Notes: generated by a model not told the origin, from the sequence alone. A stretch of DNA of 49,792 nucleotides from Deltaproteobacteria bacterium (GCA_016930215.1 JAFGHH010000387.1:1-49792); one strand, 5' to 3'; positions 8,242 through 17,907 are shown, counted from the first letter of the stretch. Translations and numbers: made by a program.

Positions 8242-10038
8242 GTGGAAGCCCGACCGCCGCGACGGGTCCGCGTCCCGTGGTTCGAGGCGAAGCTCGTCGG
8301 CACCTTGCTGCTGGCGCTGTCGCTGGTCTGGTTCGCGGCGGTGTATCTGTTCGGGCAAGGGATCCGTTCGAGCTTCAGCCTGATCCTGCAGCCATCGATC
8401 GCCGACGGCCTGCGGACGGCAAAGGAGCGGACGCACGACCACATCGAGGCGCTGCGCGAGCAGCTCAAGTGGCGGGCGGAGCGGATGGCCTCCGAGCTGC
8501 GCCGGCAGGGTCCCGGGGCGCGGGTCCCCGGGCGGCTCGAGGTGCTGCTGCAGCGCCTGGTGGAGGAGGACGCGGCGGCGTTCAGCGGGCACGGTGCGGA
8601 GGCCGAGGGGGGCGCGGCGGGGGTGGAAGAGGCCGGAAACCGACGAGCGAGGGCGGTACTCGTCGACCTGTCGGCGGTCGACGCCACCGGCCGGCGCGTG
8701 CACGTCCGGGCGCCCGACGAGTACCCGGATGCCGCGTGGCGGGTCAAGACGTTCCGTCCGCGGCCGCCGGCGGACAAGACGGGGGCGCGCGCCGCCGCGA
8801 TCGGGGCGCTCGAGGCGCCCCTGCTGTGCGTCCTCGGGGCGTGCGAGGACGGCGGGGCTCGGATGTCGGCAGGCGTCCAGGTGGCGAAAACGCTGCTGCG
8901 CATGGGTGAGGGCGGCGGGGCGGCGGCCGAGCTGGACGCGGCGGGGCTGGAGGCGGTGTTCGCCACGCCGTGGGCGCTGTTCGAGGGGCTGCAGGAGCTC
9001 AGCGACGTGCTCGACCGGTACAAGATGCTGCGCATGGCAGGAGAGGAGATCCGTCGCCGCTTCGGCTGGGTCTACATGATCATTCTCGGCGTCGCCGCGA
9101 CGCTGACGCTGGGGGTCTCGATCCTCTTCGCCCGGCGCGTAACCCGCCGGGTGGCGGCCATCGCGCGGGCCACGCGGCAGGTCGCGACCGGGGACCTCGA
9201 CGTGCGCATCGTCCCGGCGGGCCGCGACGAAATCGCCGAGCTGGCCCGGTCGTTCAACGAGATGGTCGCCGACCTGCGGGAGTCCCGCGATCGCATCGCC
9301 TACCTGTCCCGCGTCTCGGCCTGGCAGGGCATCGCCCGCCGGCTGGCACACGAGATCAAGAACCCGCTCACGCCGATCCAGCTGGCGATCCAGCAGGTGG
9401 CGGAGAAGTACGAGGGCGGCGACGAGCAGTACGGCAAGCTGGTCCAGACGGCGCGCGAAGTGATCGAAGAGGAGGTGGCGACGCTGCGGCGGCTGACCAC
9501 CGAGTTCTCGGCCTTCGCGCGGCTGCCGCAGGTCCAGCCGGTGCCGACCGACCTGGGGGAGTTCCTCGACGACTGCCGGGCCGCCTTCGGCGGCGCCGCC
9601 GCCGAACAGGGCGTCGACCTCGAGTGGCACTCCCCGGCCCGGCCGCTCACCGTGCCGCTCGACCGACAGATGATGCGGCGCGTCATCGACAACCTCGTCC
9701 GCAACGCGCTCGAAGCCCTGGCGGGGGAGGGGGGTGCGGCGGCGGGGCGGCCGGCACCGAGGATTGCGGTCGAGGCGGACCTGCGGCCCGGCGGCGCGCG
9801 TGCGCGGATCGTGGTGCGGGACAACGGACCGGGCATTCCGAGCGACGCGCGGGAGCACATCTTCGAGCCGTACTTCACGACGAAGCCCACCGGCACCGGC
9901 CTGGGCCTGGCGATCGTCAAGAAGATCGTCCTCGAGCACGCGGGCGAGATCGAGGTCGATTCCTCGCCGGAGGGTTCCGTCTTCCGGATCGAGTTGCCGC
10001 TGGCCGGGGCCGAGCACGGCGGCCGGCCGGCGCGGTGA
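8242..10038 (+). CDS. NtrY-like HAMP-domain sensor histidine kinase
   Basis: Two TM segments; HAMP (GRDEIAELARSFNEM); H-box AWQGIARRLAHEIKNPLTPIQL; N-box NLVRNA; DNGPGI, IFEPYFTTK, GTGLGLAIV. Confidence 0.9.
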   Translation: MEARPPRRVRVPWFEAKLVGTLLLALSLVWFAAVYLFGQGIRSSFSLILQPSIADGLRTAKERTHDHIEALREQLKWRAERMASELRRQGPGARVPGRLEVLLQRLVEEDAAAFSGHGAEAEGGAAGVEEAGNRRARAVLVDLSAVDATGRRVHVRAPDEYPDAAWRVKTFRPRPPADKTGARAAAIGALEAPLLCVLGACEDGGARMSAGVQVAKTLLRMGEGGGAAAELDAAGLEAVFATPWALFEGLQELSDVLDRYKMLRMAGEEIRRRFGWVYMIILGVAATLTLGVSILFARRVTRRVAAIARATRQVATGDLDVRIVPAGRDEIAELARSFNEMVADLRESRDRIAYLSRVSAWQGIARRLAHEIKNPLTPIQLAIQQVAEKYEGGDEQYGKLVQTAREVIEEEVATLRRLTTEFSAFARLPQVQPVPTDLGEFLDDCRAAFGGAAAEQGVDLEWHSPARPLTVPLDRQMMRRVIDNLVRNALEALAGEGGAAAGRPAPRIAVEADLRPGGARARIVVRDNGPGIPSDAREHIFEPYFTTKPTGTGLGLAIVKKIVLEHAGEIEVDSSPEGSVFRIELPLAGAEHGGRPAR

Positions 10039-10556
10039 TGAACGAGGGACGACGACGCGCGGTCCGCAGCTTCGTGCTGGTCGCCGTGGCCCTGCTCGTC
10101 GTGGCGCTGTTCGGACCGCGGAGCTGCGGGGCGCCGCTGCTGGCGACCGGCACCGCGGCGCCGCCCTTCTCCGTGACGCGGGTCGAGGACGGAACGCGCC
10201 GGACCCTTGGGGAGCTGCGTGGGCGCCCGGCCGTGCTGTTCTTCTGGGCCGTCTGGTGCAAGGCCTGCAAGGAGATGATGCCGGGGCTCGCGGCGCTGGC
10301 CGTCGAGCGGCCGGACGTGTGCTTCGTGGCGCTGCACAGTGACGGTGAGGTCGCGACGGCCGCCCTGGCGGCCAAGGCACGACCGTATCCGGCGCTCGAG
10401 TTCGTCGAGGGCGGCGAACGGTTCCTCGAGGCCTACCGGGTGACGACCTTCCCGACCACCTATGTGCTGACCGCCGACGGTCGGATCTGCGGCGGCCTGG
10501 TCGGCCGGGCGTCGGCCGACGTCGTCGCCCGGCTGCTCGAGCGCTGCGAGCGGTGA
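10038..10556 (+). CDS. TlpA/ResA-family thiol-disulfide oxidoreductase
   Basis: TGATG overlap with the kinase stop; N-terminal anchor; FWAVWCKACKEMMP (CxxC); FPTTYVL cis-Pro loop. Confidence 0.85.
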   Translation: MNEGRRRAVRSFVLVAVALLVVALFGPRSCGAPLLATGTAAPPFSVTRVEDGTRRTLGELRGRPAVLFFWAVWCKACKEMMPGLAALAVERPDVCFVALHSDGEVATAALAAKARPYPALEFVEGGERFLEAYRVTTFPTTYVLTADGRICGGLVGRASADVVARLLERCER

Positions 10557-10559
10557 ACC

Positions 10560-11396
10560 CTAGTAGGGCGGAACGAGCGGGGTGTCGCGGATCAGGGGCA
10601 GGACCGCCTCGTGGAGCAGACCGTTGGAGGCCGCCACCGCCCGCCCCGAGCAATCCGCCTCGGCGCCCGCGTAGTCGGTGACGCACCCGCCGGCCTCCCG
10701 GACCAGCAGGATGCCGGCCGCGACGTCCCAGGTGTGCAGGGACATCTCGTAGTAGGCGTCGTAGGTGCCGTCGGCGGTCATCGCCAGATCGAGGGCGGCC
10801 GAGCCGCAGCGGCGCACGCCGTGGCTCCGGCGGAAGAACTCCGGCAGCGAGGCGAGGAACGGGTCCGGCCGGGTGTGGCTGGCCGGGCCCCAACCGGTGG
10901 CGACCAGGGCGTGGTCGAGCGAGCACGTGTGCGAGACGCGGATCGGGGTGCCGTTGCGGGTCGCGCCCCGGCCGCGCGCGGCGGCGTAGGTCCACCCCAG
11001 CGCCGGCGCCTCCAGCACGGCGAGCGTCGGCGTTCCGTCGACCAGCAAGGCGATCGACAAACAGAAGAACGGGTGGCCGTGGAAGAAGTTCACGGTCCCG
11101 TCCAGCGGGTCCACGGCCCACAGCCGCGCCGCCGCGCCCGGCGCCGCGCCCGCCGCGGCGCCGGCCACCTCGCCATCCTCCTCGCCGAGGAACCGATCGG
11201 CGGGGAACGCATCGAGCAGCCGGGTGCGCAGCAGCCGTTCGCTGGCCCGGTCGGCCTCGGTGACCACGTCGAGAACGCCCTTGTCCTCGCCGGGGACGCC
11301 GTGCCGCCAATAGCGCAGCAGCAGGCGCCCGGCCTCGACGGCGGCCCGGCGGACGAGTTCCAGCGTGCGGTCCAGGTCGGGATCCAGCGGCATCAT
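10560..11396 (-). CDS. suhB: Inositol monophosphatase family protein (SuhB-like)
   Basis: VTEADRASE, FLGEE, WAVDPLDGTVNF, RRCGSAALDL, WDVAAG; ATGA overlap with the ccmB stop. Confidence 0.9.
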   Translation of the reverse strand: MMPLDPDLDRTLELVRRAAVEAGRLLLRYWRHGVPGEDKGVLDVVTEADRASERLLRTRLLDAFPADRFLGEEDGEVAGAAAGAAPGAAARLWAVDPLDGTVNFFHGHPFFCLSIALLVDGTPTLAVLEAPALGWTYAAARGRGATRNGTPIRVSHTCSLDHALVATGWGPASHTRPDPFLASLPEFFRRSHGVRRCGSAALDLAMTADGTYDAYYEMSLHTWDVAAGILLVREAGGCVTDYAGAEADCSGRAVAASNGLLHEAVLPLIRDTPLVPPY

Positions 11397-12079
11397 TCCT
11401 CCAGCAACGGGCCGAACAGCCACAGGGCACCGGCGCCGACGCCCGCGTCGAACGCCGCGAGCAGCAGGGTCCAGCCGGCCACGTCGCTCCAGCCGCCGCC
11501 GGAGAGGGCCGCGCGCGAGACCTCGACCACCCCCAGAAACAGCGGAACCAGCAGCGGGTAGACGGCGACGCCGATCAGCATCTCCGCCGCCGACCCGCCG
11601 AGCGCCATGGCGCCGAACAACGTGCCGACCACCGCGATGCCGAGGGTGGCCAGGAGGGCGGCGGGGACGACCCAGACCACGGATCCCGGCACCGGCAGGC
11701 GGAAGAACACGACGGTCGGAAGCGCCAGGACAAGCTCGACGACGAACAGCGCCGCGGCCAGGCCGAGCGCCTTGCCGACCAGGATCGCCGCGGGCGGAAC
11801 GGGGGCCAGGCGCAGACCGTCCAGCGCATCCTCGTCACGCTCGCGAGCCCAACCCCGCACGACGGCGAGATTCGCCGACAGCCCCACGGCGATCCAGAAC
11901 ACCGCCGGGCCGACCGCCGCCGGCTCGGCACCGACCTCCGCGAGGGCGAACGCGGCGACGACCAGCACCAGCGCGCCGAACAGCAGGGCGGTGAGCGTGG
12001 TGTCTCCCGTGCGACGCTCGAGCCGCAGTTCCTTGCGCAGCACCAGGGTCGCAGCGCGGAGGAAGCCCGGTCCGGTCAT
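11393..12079 (-). CDS. ccmB: Heme exporter permease CcmB
   Basis: LRKELRLERR, EREDEDALDGLRLAP-like segment (RERDEDALDGLRLAP), ILVGKAL and YPLLVP; about six TM helices; translationally coupled to ccmA. Confidence 0.85.
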   Translation of the reverse strand: MTGPGFLRAATLVLRKELRLERRTGDTTLTALLFGALVLVVAAFALAEVGAEPAAVGPAVFWIAVGLSANLAVVRGWARERDEDALDGLRLAPVPPAAILVGKALGLAAALFVVELVLALPTVVFFRLPVPGSVVWVVPAALLATLGIAVVGTLFGAMALGGSAAEMLIGVAVYPLLVPLFLGVVEVSRAALSGGGWSDVAGWTLLLAAFDAGVGAGALWLFGPLLEE

Positions 12080-12774
12080 CGGAGGCCTCCCGCCTCCCGG
12101 TCCGGCACGAGCCGACCGGCGGCCAGGGCGACGGTGCGGCCGGCGAGGTCCGCGAACGGCTGCGGTTCGTGCGTGGCCAGCACGACGGCCGCGCCCCGGC
12201 CCACGGCGGCGGCGACCACCTCGTGCAGGACCACGGCGCCCGCCGCGTCCAGGGCGGCGGTCGGTTCGTCGAGGAGGACCAGCGACGGCGCGCCGAGGAA
12301 GGTGCGGGCCAGCGCCGCCCGCTGGGCCTGCCCGCGGGAGCAGACGCGGGCCGGACGGTCGGCGGCGGCGCGCAGGTCGAAACGCTCGAGCCACGGCTCG
12401 AGGGCCGCGGGCGGGAGTTGGCGCAGGGCGGCGGCCAGGGCGAGGTTCTCGCGGACGGTCAGGTCGCCGTAGAGCTGCGTGCGATGGGCCAGGAAGGCGC
12501 GGCCGGCCCGCCGGGCGTCGCCGAGCCGCTCGGCGGGCCGCCCGGCATAGCGCACGGTGCCGGTGCTGGGGCGGAGCAGCCCGGCGAGGAGGCGCAGCAG
12601 GGTCGACTTGCCCGCACCGTTCGGGCCGACCACGAGAGTGAGGGCGGCGGCTTCGAGGTGCAGGTCGATGGCGGCCAGGGCCGCCACGGGCCCGAACAGG
12701 CGCCCGACACCGACCAACTCGACGGGGGCGAGGGCGGGGCAGGGGGCGGACACCGGGTGGGCAACTCGGTCCAT
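12076..12774 (-). CDS. ccmA: Heme exporter ATP-binding protein CcmA
   Basis: Walker A GPNGAGKSTLL, LTVRENL, signature CSRGQAQRAALAR, Walker B LLDEP, H-loop ATH; directly upstream of ccmB. Confidence 0.85.
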   Translation of the reverse strand: MDRVAHPVSAPCPALAPVELVGVGRLFGPVAALAAIDLHLEAAALTLVVGPNGAGKSTLLRLLAGLLRPSTGTVRYAGRPAERLGDARRAGRAFLAHRTQLYGDLTVRENLALAAALRQLPPAALEPWLERFDLRAAADRPARVCSRGQAQRAALARTFLGAPSLVLLDEPTAALDAAGAVVLHEVVAAAVGRGAAVVLATHEPQPFADLAGRTVALAAGRLVPDREAGGLR

Positions 12775-12863
12775 GGGCCGCGAGGGCGTCGCCGGACGCC
12801 GGACGCGGATGTTCTCACGAAACCGGCAGCGGCGGAAGGGCACAGCGGGGAACGGCTTTTCGG

Positions 12864-12891
12864 TTGACGTTCCGGGCCGCTCGCGTATCAT
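12864..12891 (+). promoter_or_regulatory. Putative sigma70 promoter
   Basis: TTGACG-N16-TATCAT (5/6 and 5/6 consensus) about 55 bp upstream of the 12946 start. Confidence 0.55.
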
Positions 12892-12945
12892 CCGCCTGCC
12901 GGAGAAGACTCCGAGGCCGCTCGCGGGCTCGGGAGGAGGATGAGC

Positions 12946-14928
12946 ATGCGGAGAATGACCTGGGGTGCGGCGCTGGTCGTGTTGTCGCTGGCGACCGCCT
13001 GTGGCTCGGACGACGACGGCGACGGTCCGCTGGGGGTTGCGCAGTTCGTCGTGACCCCGACGAGCGTGGCGCCGGGCGGCAACACGTTGGCGGCCTGGGA
13101 GGTCACGGGAAGCCGGAGCGTGCGCCTGGAGGCGTGCACCGGATTCGCGGCCGACGACACGACGTTCTGCCCGAGCGGGACGGTGCGGATCGTCGCGCTG
13201 GACGACGCGACCCTGCGCGTCGGCTCGCAGTTGGTCCAGGTGTGGGAGGCCACGCGTTTCCAGCTGATCGCGCTCGGGCGCGACGGCGGGGCCATGGCCA
13301 GCGACTGGTGGGAGGTACAAATCGATACCACCCCGGACGACGGACCGCGGGTCGAGGACTTCCGCGCGGACCCGCGCTCGATCGATCCCGGTACCGCCGC
13401 CACGCTGATCTACAAGGTGCGGAACGTGACGCAGATCGAGCTCGGCGATGCCACGGGCGATCCGGCGCACCCGTCCACCTGGAGCGGCGTGGTCACGATC
13501 GATCATGACGGCTCGGGGAACATCGATGGGACGCGGGACGTGACGCCGACCACCAGCCGACTGTACGGCATCAAGCTGCCCGGTGCGGACGGCGCGATCC
13601 TGGGCTTCGCCGCCGTGACGGTGCGGGGCTCGCTGCCCACGGTGCCGAACATCGCCTCGTTCACCGCGGACCCGATGGAGGTCGACGAGGGCGGGACGGT
13701 GACCTTGAGCTGGTCCACCGAGAACGCCACGACCCTGTCGATCTCGCCGAGCGTCCCCGGCTTCACGGGAACCGAGGCGGACGGCACGCTCGACTTCACG
13801 CCGGCCTTCACGGGCCTCGGCGACACCCGCGAGGCGGTGACGATCTACACGCTCACCGCGGAGAACGGGACGTTCACGGACACGGCCCAGATCGCCTTGC
13901 TCGTGCGGGCGCGTCCGGTCATCGACACCTTCACCGCGATTCCGGAGGCCGTGACCACCGGCGGCTCGACGACGCTGACCTGGGCCACGACGCGGGCGGA
14001 CGCGGTGGTGATCACGGCCGAGCCGGCCGACGCGACGTTGCCGGCGACCTTCGCGGTGGACGGCACGGCGACCGTCACGCCGACCGCCACCACGACCTAC
14101 ACGTTGACCGCCACGGGGAGCATCGCGACCCCGACGACGGCCACCGCGACCGTCACGGTCTCCTCCGCGCCGGTCGTCGTCATCGATTCGTTCACGGCTT
14201 CGCCGGAGCGGATCGCCGAAGGCGGCACGTCCGTCACCCTGACCTGGACCACGACCGCCGCGACCGGCGTCTCGATCGCCGCCGTCCCCGCCGACGCGAC
14301 GCTGCCCGGCACCTTCACCGTCGACGGCAGCGCCACCGTCGATCCGGAACAAACCACGGTCTACACGCTGACCGCCAGCGGCCCCAGCGGCCCGATCACG
14401 CGCACGGCGACCGTGGAGGTCGTGGAGATCGGCGACGTGGTCGTGACCGAGGTGATGTTCGACCCGGCCGGCGTGGCGGACACGGCCGGCGAGTGGTTCG
14501 AGGTCACGAACGTCGCCGGCGCGGCGATCGATCTGGCCGGGTTCCTGCTGCGCAGCGGCACCGCGACCTATGCCGTGCCGACGACCTCGACCGACGCCCT
14601 GGCCGTCGCCGGCTGGTTCGTCTTCGGCGTCAACGCCAGCACCGCGGCCAACGGCGGGGTGACGGTGGATCACCAGTACAGCACGCTCTCGTTCGTCGAC
14701 ACCGGCGCGCTGACGCTCTCGGTCGAGTTCGACGGCGTGGTGATCGATGCCGTCAACTACACGATCGCCGGCGGATGGGTCGCGGGCGATTCGCTGACCC
14801 TGAACCCGGGCCACATCAACGCCGTGGACAACGACACCGCCGCGAACTGGTGCGCCGCCCGGGCGTCCGACACCTACGGGACCTCCGGCAACCACGGGAC
14901 CCCCGGCGCCGCCAACGCCTGCTCCTAG
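12946..14928 (+). CDS. Surface lipoprotein with ~4 Ig-like repeats and a C-terminal lamin-tail-like domain
   Basis: GGAGGAGG RBS; lipobox LATAC; repeated I..FTA.P..(I/V)..GG..TL.W.T..A; lamin-tail motifs VVTEVMFDP, GEWFEVTN, IDLAG and GTPGAAN. Confidence 0.75.
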   Translation: MRRMTWGAALVVLSLATACGSDDDGDGPLGVAQFVVTPTSVAPGGNTLAAWEVTGSRSVRLEACTGFAADDTTFCPSGTVRIVALDDATLRVGSQLVQVWEATRFQLIALGRDGGAMASDWWEVQIDTTPDDGPRVEDFRADPRSIDPGTAATLIYKVRNVTQIELGDATGDPAHPSTWSGVVTIDHDGSGNIDGTRDVTPTTSRLYGIKLPGADGAILGFAAVTVRGSLPTVPNIASFTADPMEVDEGGTVTLSWSTENATTLSISPSVPGFTGTEADGTLDFTPAFTGLGDTREAVTIYTLTAENGTFTDTAQIALLVRARPVIDTFTAIPEAVTTGGSTTLTWATTRADAVVITAEPADATLPATFAVDGTATVTPTATTTYTLTATGSIATPTTATATVTVSSAPVVVIDSFTASPERIAEGGTSVTLTWTTTAATGVSIAAVPADATLPGTFTVDGSATVDPEQTTVYTLTASGPSGPITRTATVEVVEIGDVVVTEVMFDPAGVADTAGEWFEVTNVAGAAIDLAGFLLRSGTATYAVPTTSTDALAVAGWFVFGVNASTAANGGVTVDHQYSTLSFVDTGALTLSVEFDGVVIDAVNYTIAGGWVAGDSLTLNPGHINAVDNDTAANWCAARASDTYGTSGNHGTPGAANACS

Positions 14929-14985
14929 GACCACCACCTGACCCGGTCCCGGGCCGGTCTCTCCCTCGCGCGACTCTGCGCCGCG

Positions 14986-16515
14986 ATGCTGGTCCTGCCG
15001 CTGGCCGTCGTCGCGGCCCAGGACCGGATGGACCGGGAAGCGCTGCTGCGCCGGGCGCAGGAGGTCGCCGAGCGGATCGCCGAGGGTCGGGGGTTGCGGC
15101 CGACCGCCCCGATCCGCACCGAGGTACTGAGCCGGGAGAAACTGCTCGAGCACGTGCGGCGTCGGCTGCATGAGGAGTCCCCTCCCGAGGAGCTCCGCGC
15201 CGAGGGGGTGCTGCTCGAGCGGCTGGGACTGCTCGAGACGGCGGAGGACTACGAGGACGCGCTGTACGCGCTGTACGAGCAGCAGGTCGCCGGGCTGTAC
15301 GACCCGGACGATCGGACGACCTACGTCCTGGACGACCTGTTCCCCGCCGAGGCGGATCTGACGCTGTGGCACGAGATCGTGCACGCCCTGCAGGACCAGT
15401 TGTTCTGCATCGGCGACCGCCAGGAGGCGCTCGAGGACGACGGCGACCGCGGGCTCGCCTTCTCCGCCGTCTGCGAGGGCGATGCCGTGCTCACCAGCAC
15501 GGCGCTGCAATACGACCACGGCTGGGACGCGCTCGACTGGCTGGTCCCCCGCGATCTCGAGTCCCTGCGGTCGCTGGTCATGCCGGTGCAATTCGTGGGG
15601 CCCGGGTCCTCCTCGGCGCTGCTGGAGTTCCTGTCGTTCCCGTACGTCGAGGGGGTGGCGTTCGTGCGCGAACACCTCGACCGCGGCGGCACGACGGCCA
15701 TCGACGCGCTGTTCCGGCGGCCGCCGGAAAGCACCGAGCAGGTGATCCACCCCGAGAAGTACGGCGGTCCCGACGCGCCCGTGACGGTCCGCTTCCGCGA
15801 CGGCGCCTTCCCGGCGTGGCACACGGCCTACCAGGACACCGCCGGCGAGTTCGTCGTGCGGCTGTGGCTCGGCTCCCGGCTCTCGCGCAGCGTCGCGGTG
15901 TCCGCCGCGACGGGCTGGGGCGGCGACCGCATGCTCCTGCTGGTGCCGCAACGAACGGTGTCGGCTTCCTGCCTGGCGGGTGCGTCGCCGCTCGATGACC
16001 GGTTGTGGGCCTGCGGCGCCGCCCCCGACTGCGCCGGGGCGATCGAGCCGCCGGCGTCCAGCGCCACCGGTTGGGTGGTGTGGGCCACGGTGTGGGATCC
16101 TGCGCCCGAGGAGCACCCGCAAGGGGCGGCGGGAGAAGCGGCCGAATTCCGGGACGCAGCGACTCGCGCGCTGCGGGAGCGCCTGGGAGCGGACCCACCC
16201 TCCGGAGCGTCCACGGGACCGGAGGCGATGCTCGGCGCGGCGGACGGCACAGCGGAAGCCCGAACCCGGCCGACGGCCCCCGAAACGACCGGCGCCGCGG
16301 ATCCCGGGACCGGGACCGCCGACCAGGTGATGGCGGGTCCGCACGGCGTCGCCGGGGTGCGGCACGACGGACGTTGGGTCTGGCTGGCGGTCGGCCCACC
16401 GGGAGAAGAGGAGCGGGTCCGGGGCTTGCTGGAGCAGGCGCGGGAGGCAACCCTTCCCCGGACCGCCGACGAGCCCGCTCCCCCCGGGAACGGGTCAGCG
16501 GACACGCACGAATGA
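14986..16515 (+). CDS. Secreted putative zinc metallopeptidase-like protein (HExxH); start uncertain
   Basis: GLYDP, HEIVHALQDQ, a downstream EGDA third-ligand motif, FPYVEG, PPESTEQVIHPEKY and GWGGD. Confidence 0.65.
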   Translation: MLVLPLAVVAAQDRMDREALLRRAQEVAERIAEGRGLRPTAPIRTEVLSREKLLEHVRRRLHEESPPEELRAEGVLLERLGLLETAEDYEDALYALYEQQVAGLYDPDDRTTYVLDDLFPAEADLTLWHEIVHALQDQLFCIGDRQEALEDDGDRGLAFSAVCEGDAVLTSTALQYDHGWDALDWLVPRDLESLRSLVMPVQFVGPGSSSALLEFLSFPYVEGVAFVREHLDRGGTTAIDALFRRPPESTEQVIHPEKYGGPDAPVTVRFRDGAFPAWHTAYQDTAGEFVVRLWLGSRLSRSVAVSAATGWGGDRMLLLVPQRTVSASCLAGASPLDDRLWACGAAPDCAGAIEPPASSATGWVVWATVWDPAPEEHPQGAAGEAAEFRDAATRALRERLGADPPSGASTGPEAMLGAADGTAEARTRPTAPETTGAADPGTGTADQVMAGPHGVAGVRHDGRWVWLAVGPPGEEERVRGLLEQAREATLPRTADEPAPPGNGSADTHE

Positions 16516-17721
16516 GCCCGGGTCGTCGGAGGACGGCAGCACCGACCACCAACCGCGAGGGAGCGCCGGCTGCGCCCGGTCGAAGACCCAGCGGGCGTCC
16601 AGCGGGGCGAGATTCACGCAGCCGTGGCTGCGCACGTGTCCGAACGAACGATGCCAGTAGGCGCCGTGCAGGGCGATGTCGTCGTTGAAGTACATCACCC
16701 ACGGCACGTCCTCGAGGTAGTACGGCTTCTCGTCGGGGTCGGACGGCTCCTCGTTGGCCATCCGCCCGGTGATCAGCTTGACCCAGATGCGGTATGTGCC
16801 GCGCGGCGTCGCGTGGCCCCGACGGCCCGAGGAAATCAACGTCGCGAAGATCGGTTCCGCGCCGCGGTAGGCCACCAGAACCTGTTGGGCCGTGTCCACA
16901 TCGAACCAGACGTCGTACGGCCCCACCGGCTCCGGTGGGTCGAGATAGGCCGGTTGCCGAAGGTCGCTCGCCCGGACGTATCGCCCGTCGGTCGATTGCA
17001 GGTAGATCACCCCGCCGACCTCATGCTCGGCGGCAAGCCGGAACACGACCTGGCGATCGACCGACGTGAACGAAACGTGGCCGCGGCCGGGGAGGCCGTC
17101 GTAGACCCGCGTGCTCTGCCGGAACGTCCAGCCGAGCAGCTCGCGTCCCTGCAGCTCCTCGCCGTGAAACATGGACGGTCGGGCGAGGTACACGTCGGAC
17201 GCGCGCACGTACAACCCGCCCGCACTGCGGTAGAAACGCTGCCCCTCGTAGTAGACCTTGCGACGGACGGCGACGGCGAACCCTCCGTCCAGCCACCGCT
17301 CCGCGTAGTCGATCGCGGCGTCCGACAGCCGCGCGAAGATCGGAGCGCCCTCCTCGCGGGCGAAAGCGCAGGGGTACGGCGTGATCTGCCCGGCGGGAAG
17401 CTCGGGAAGCGCCACGGCGTCCGGCGGCAGGGGGCTGGCCAAGAGGTCGGTGCCGCAGACCCACCCCTCCGCGTAGACCTCCACCCACAACGACGAACAC
17501 CCCGGCCCACTCGTTGTCCGATAGGCCGGCAGCCGCTGCCCGCCGACGACGGTTCCCCGCCGGCTCCCGTGCTTGTCCGGCCCGCGGTACACCAAGGCAC
17601 GCTCGGGGCGCACCAGGACCGAGGCCGGCAGGTAGGTGGACGAGGCGACGTCCGAGCCCCGGGACACGCCGGGGACCGCCAACAGCAGGAGACCCACCAG
17701 GGCCGCGGTCGCGCGACGCAT
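16495..17721 (-). CDS. L,D-transpeptidase (YkuD family)
   Basis: Signal peptide; ISSGR...TPRG, YYLEDVPWVMYF, ALHGAYWH and the catalytic SHGCVNL. Confidence 0.9.
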   Translation of the reverse strand: MRRATAALVGLLLLAVPGVSRGSDVASSTYLPASVLVRPERALVYRGPDKHGSRRGTVVGGQRLPAYRTTSGPGCSSLWVEVYAEGWVCGTDLLASPLPPDAVALPELPAGQITPYPCAFAREEGAPIFARLSDAAIDYAERWLDGGFAVAVRRKVYYEGQRFYRSAGGLYVRASDVYLARPSMFHGEELQGRELLGWTFRQSTRVYDGLPGRGHVSFTSVDRQVVFRLAAEHEVGGVIYLQSTDGRYVRASDLRQPAYLDPPEPVGPYDVWFDVDTAQQVLVAYRGAEPIFATLISSGRRGHATPRGTYRIWVKLITGRMANEEPSDPDEKPYYLEDVPWVMYFNDDIALHGAYWHRSFGHVRSHGCVNLAPLDARWVFDRAQPALPRGWWSVLPSSDDPGSFVRVR

Positions 17722-17878
17722 CGCCGCGATGCTAGACCAGGTGCGACGGAAGCGCCATTTTCTGCAGGCTGAACGGATGTGGCGATGGGCATGACCACGT
17801 ACATACGCTCACCCCGGCGGACACCGGCTATATTACTGAAATCATTGGGGCCACCACCTGGGCCGGCGAAGAAACCCA

Positions 17879-17907
17879 TTGACACGCAGTACCAAGAATG
17901 GAATACT
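17879..17907 (+). promoter_or_regulatory. Sigma70 promoter for the carD-like gene
   Basis: Perfect TTGACA, 17-bp spacer, TG-n extension and AATACT -10, in an AT-enriched intergenic region. Confidence 0.6.

Noticed and set aside
8167-11430. Very long alternative-frame ORFs (e.g. 8167-11430, most of 12076-16365, 21185-24412, 28177-31785, 32837-36853, 5569-7998)
   Set aside because: Arg/Pro/Gly-rich or antisense shadows of well-supported genes; stop-codon scarcity in high-GC DNA explains their length.
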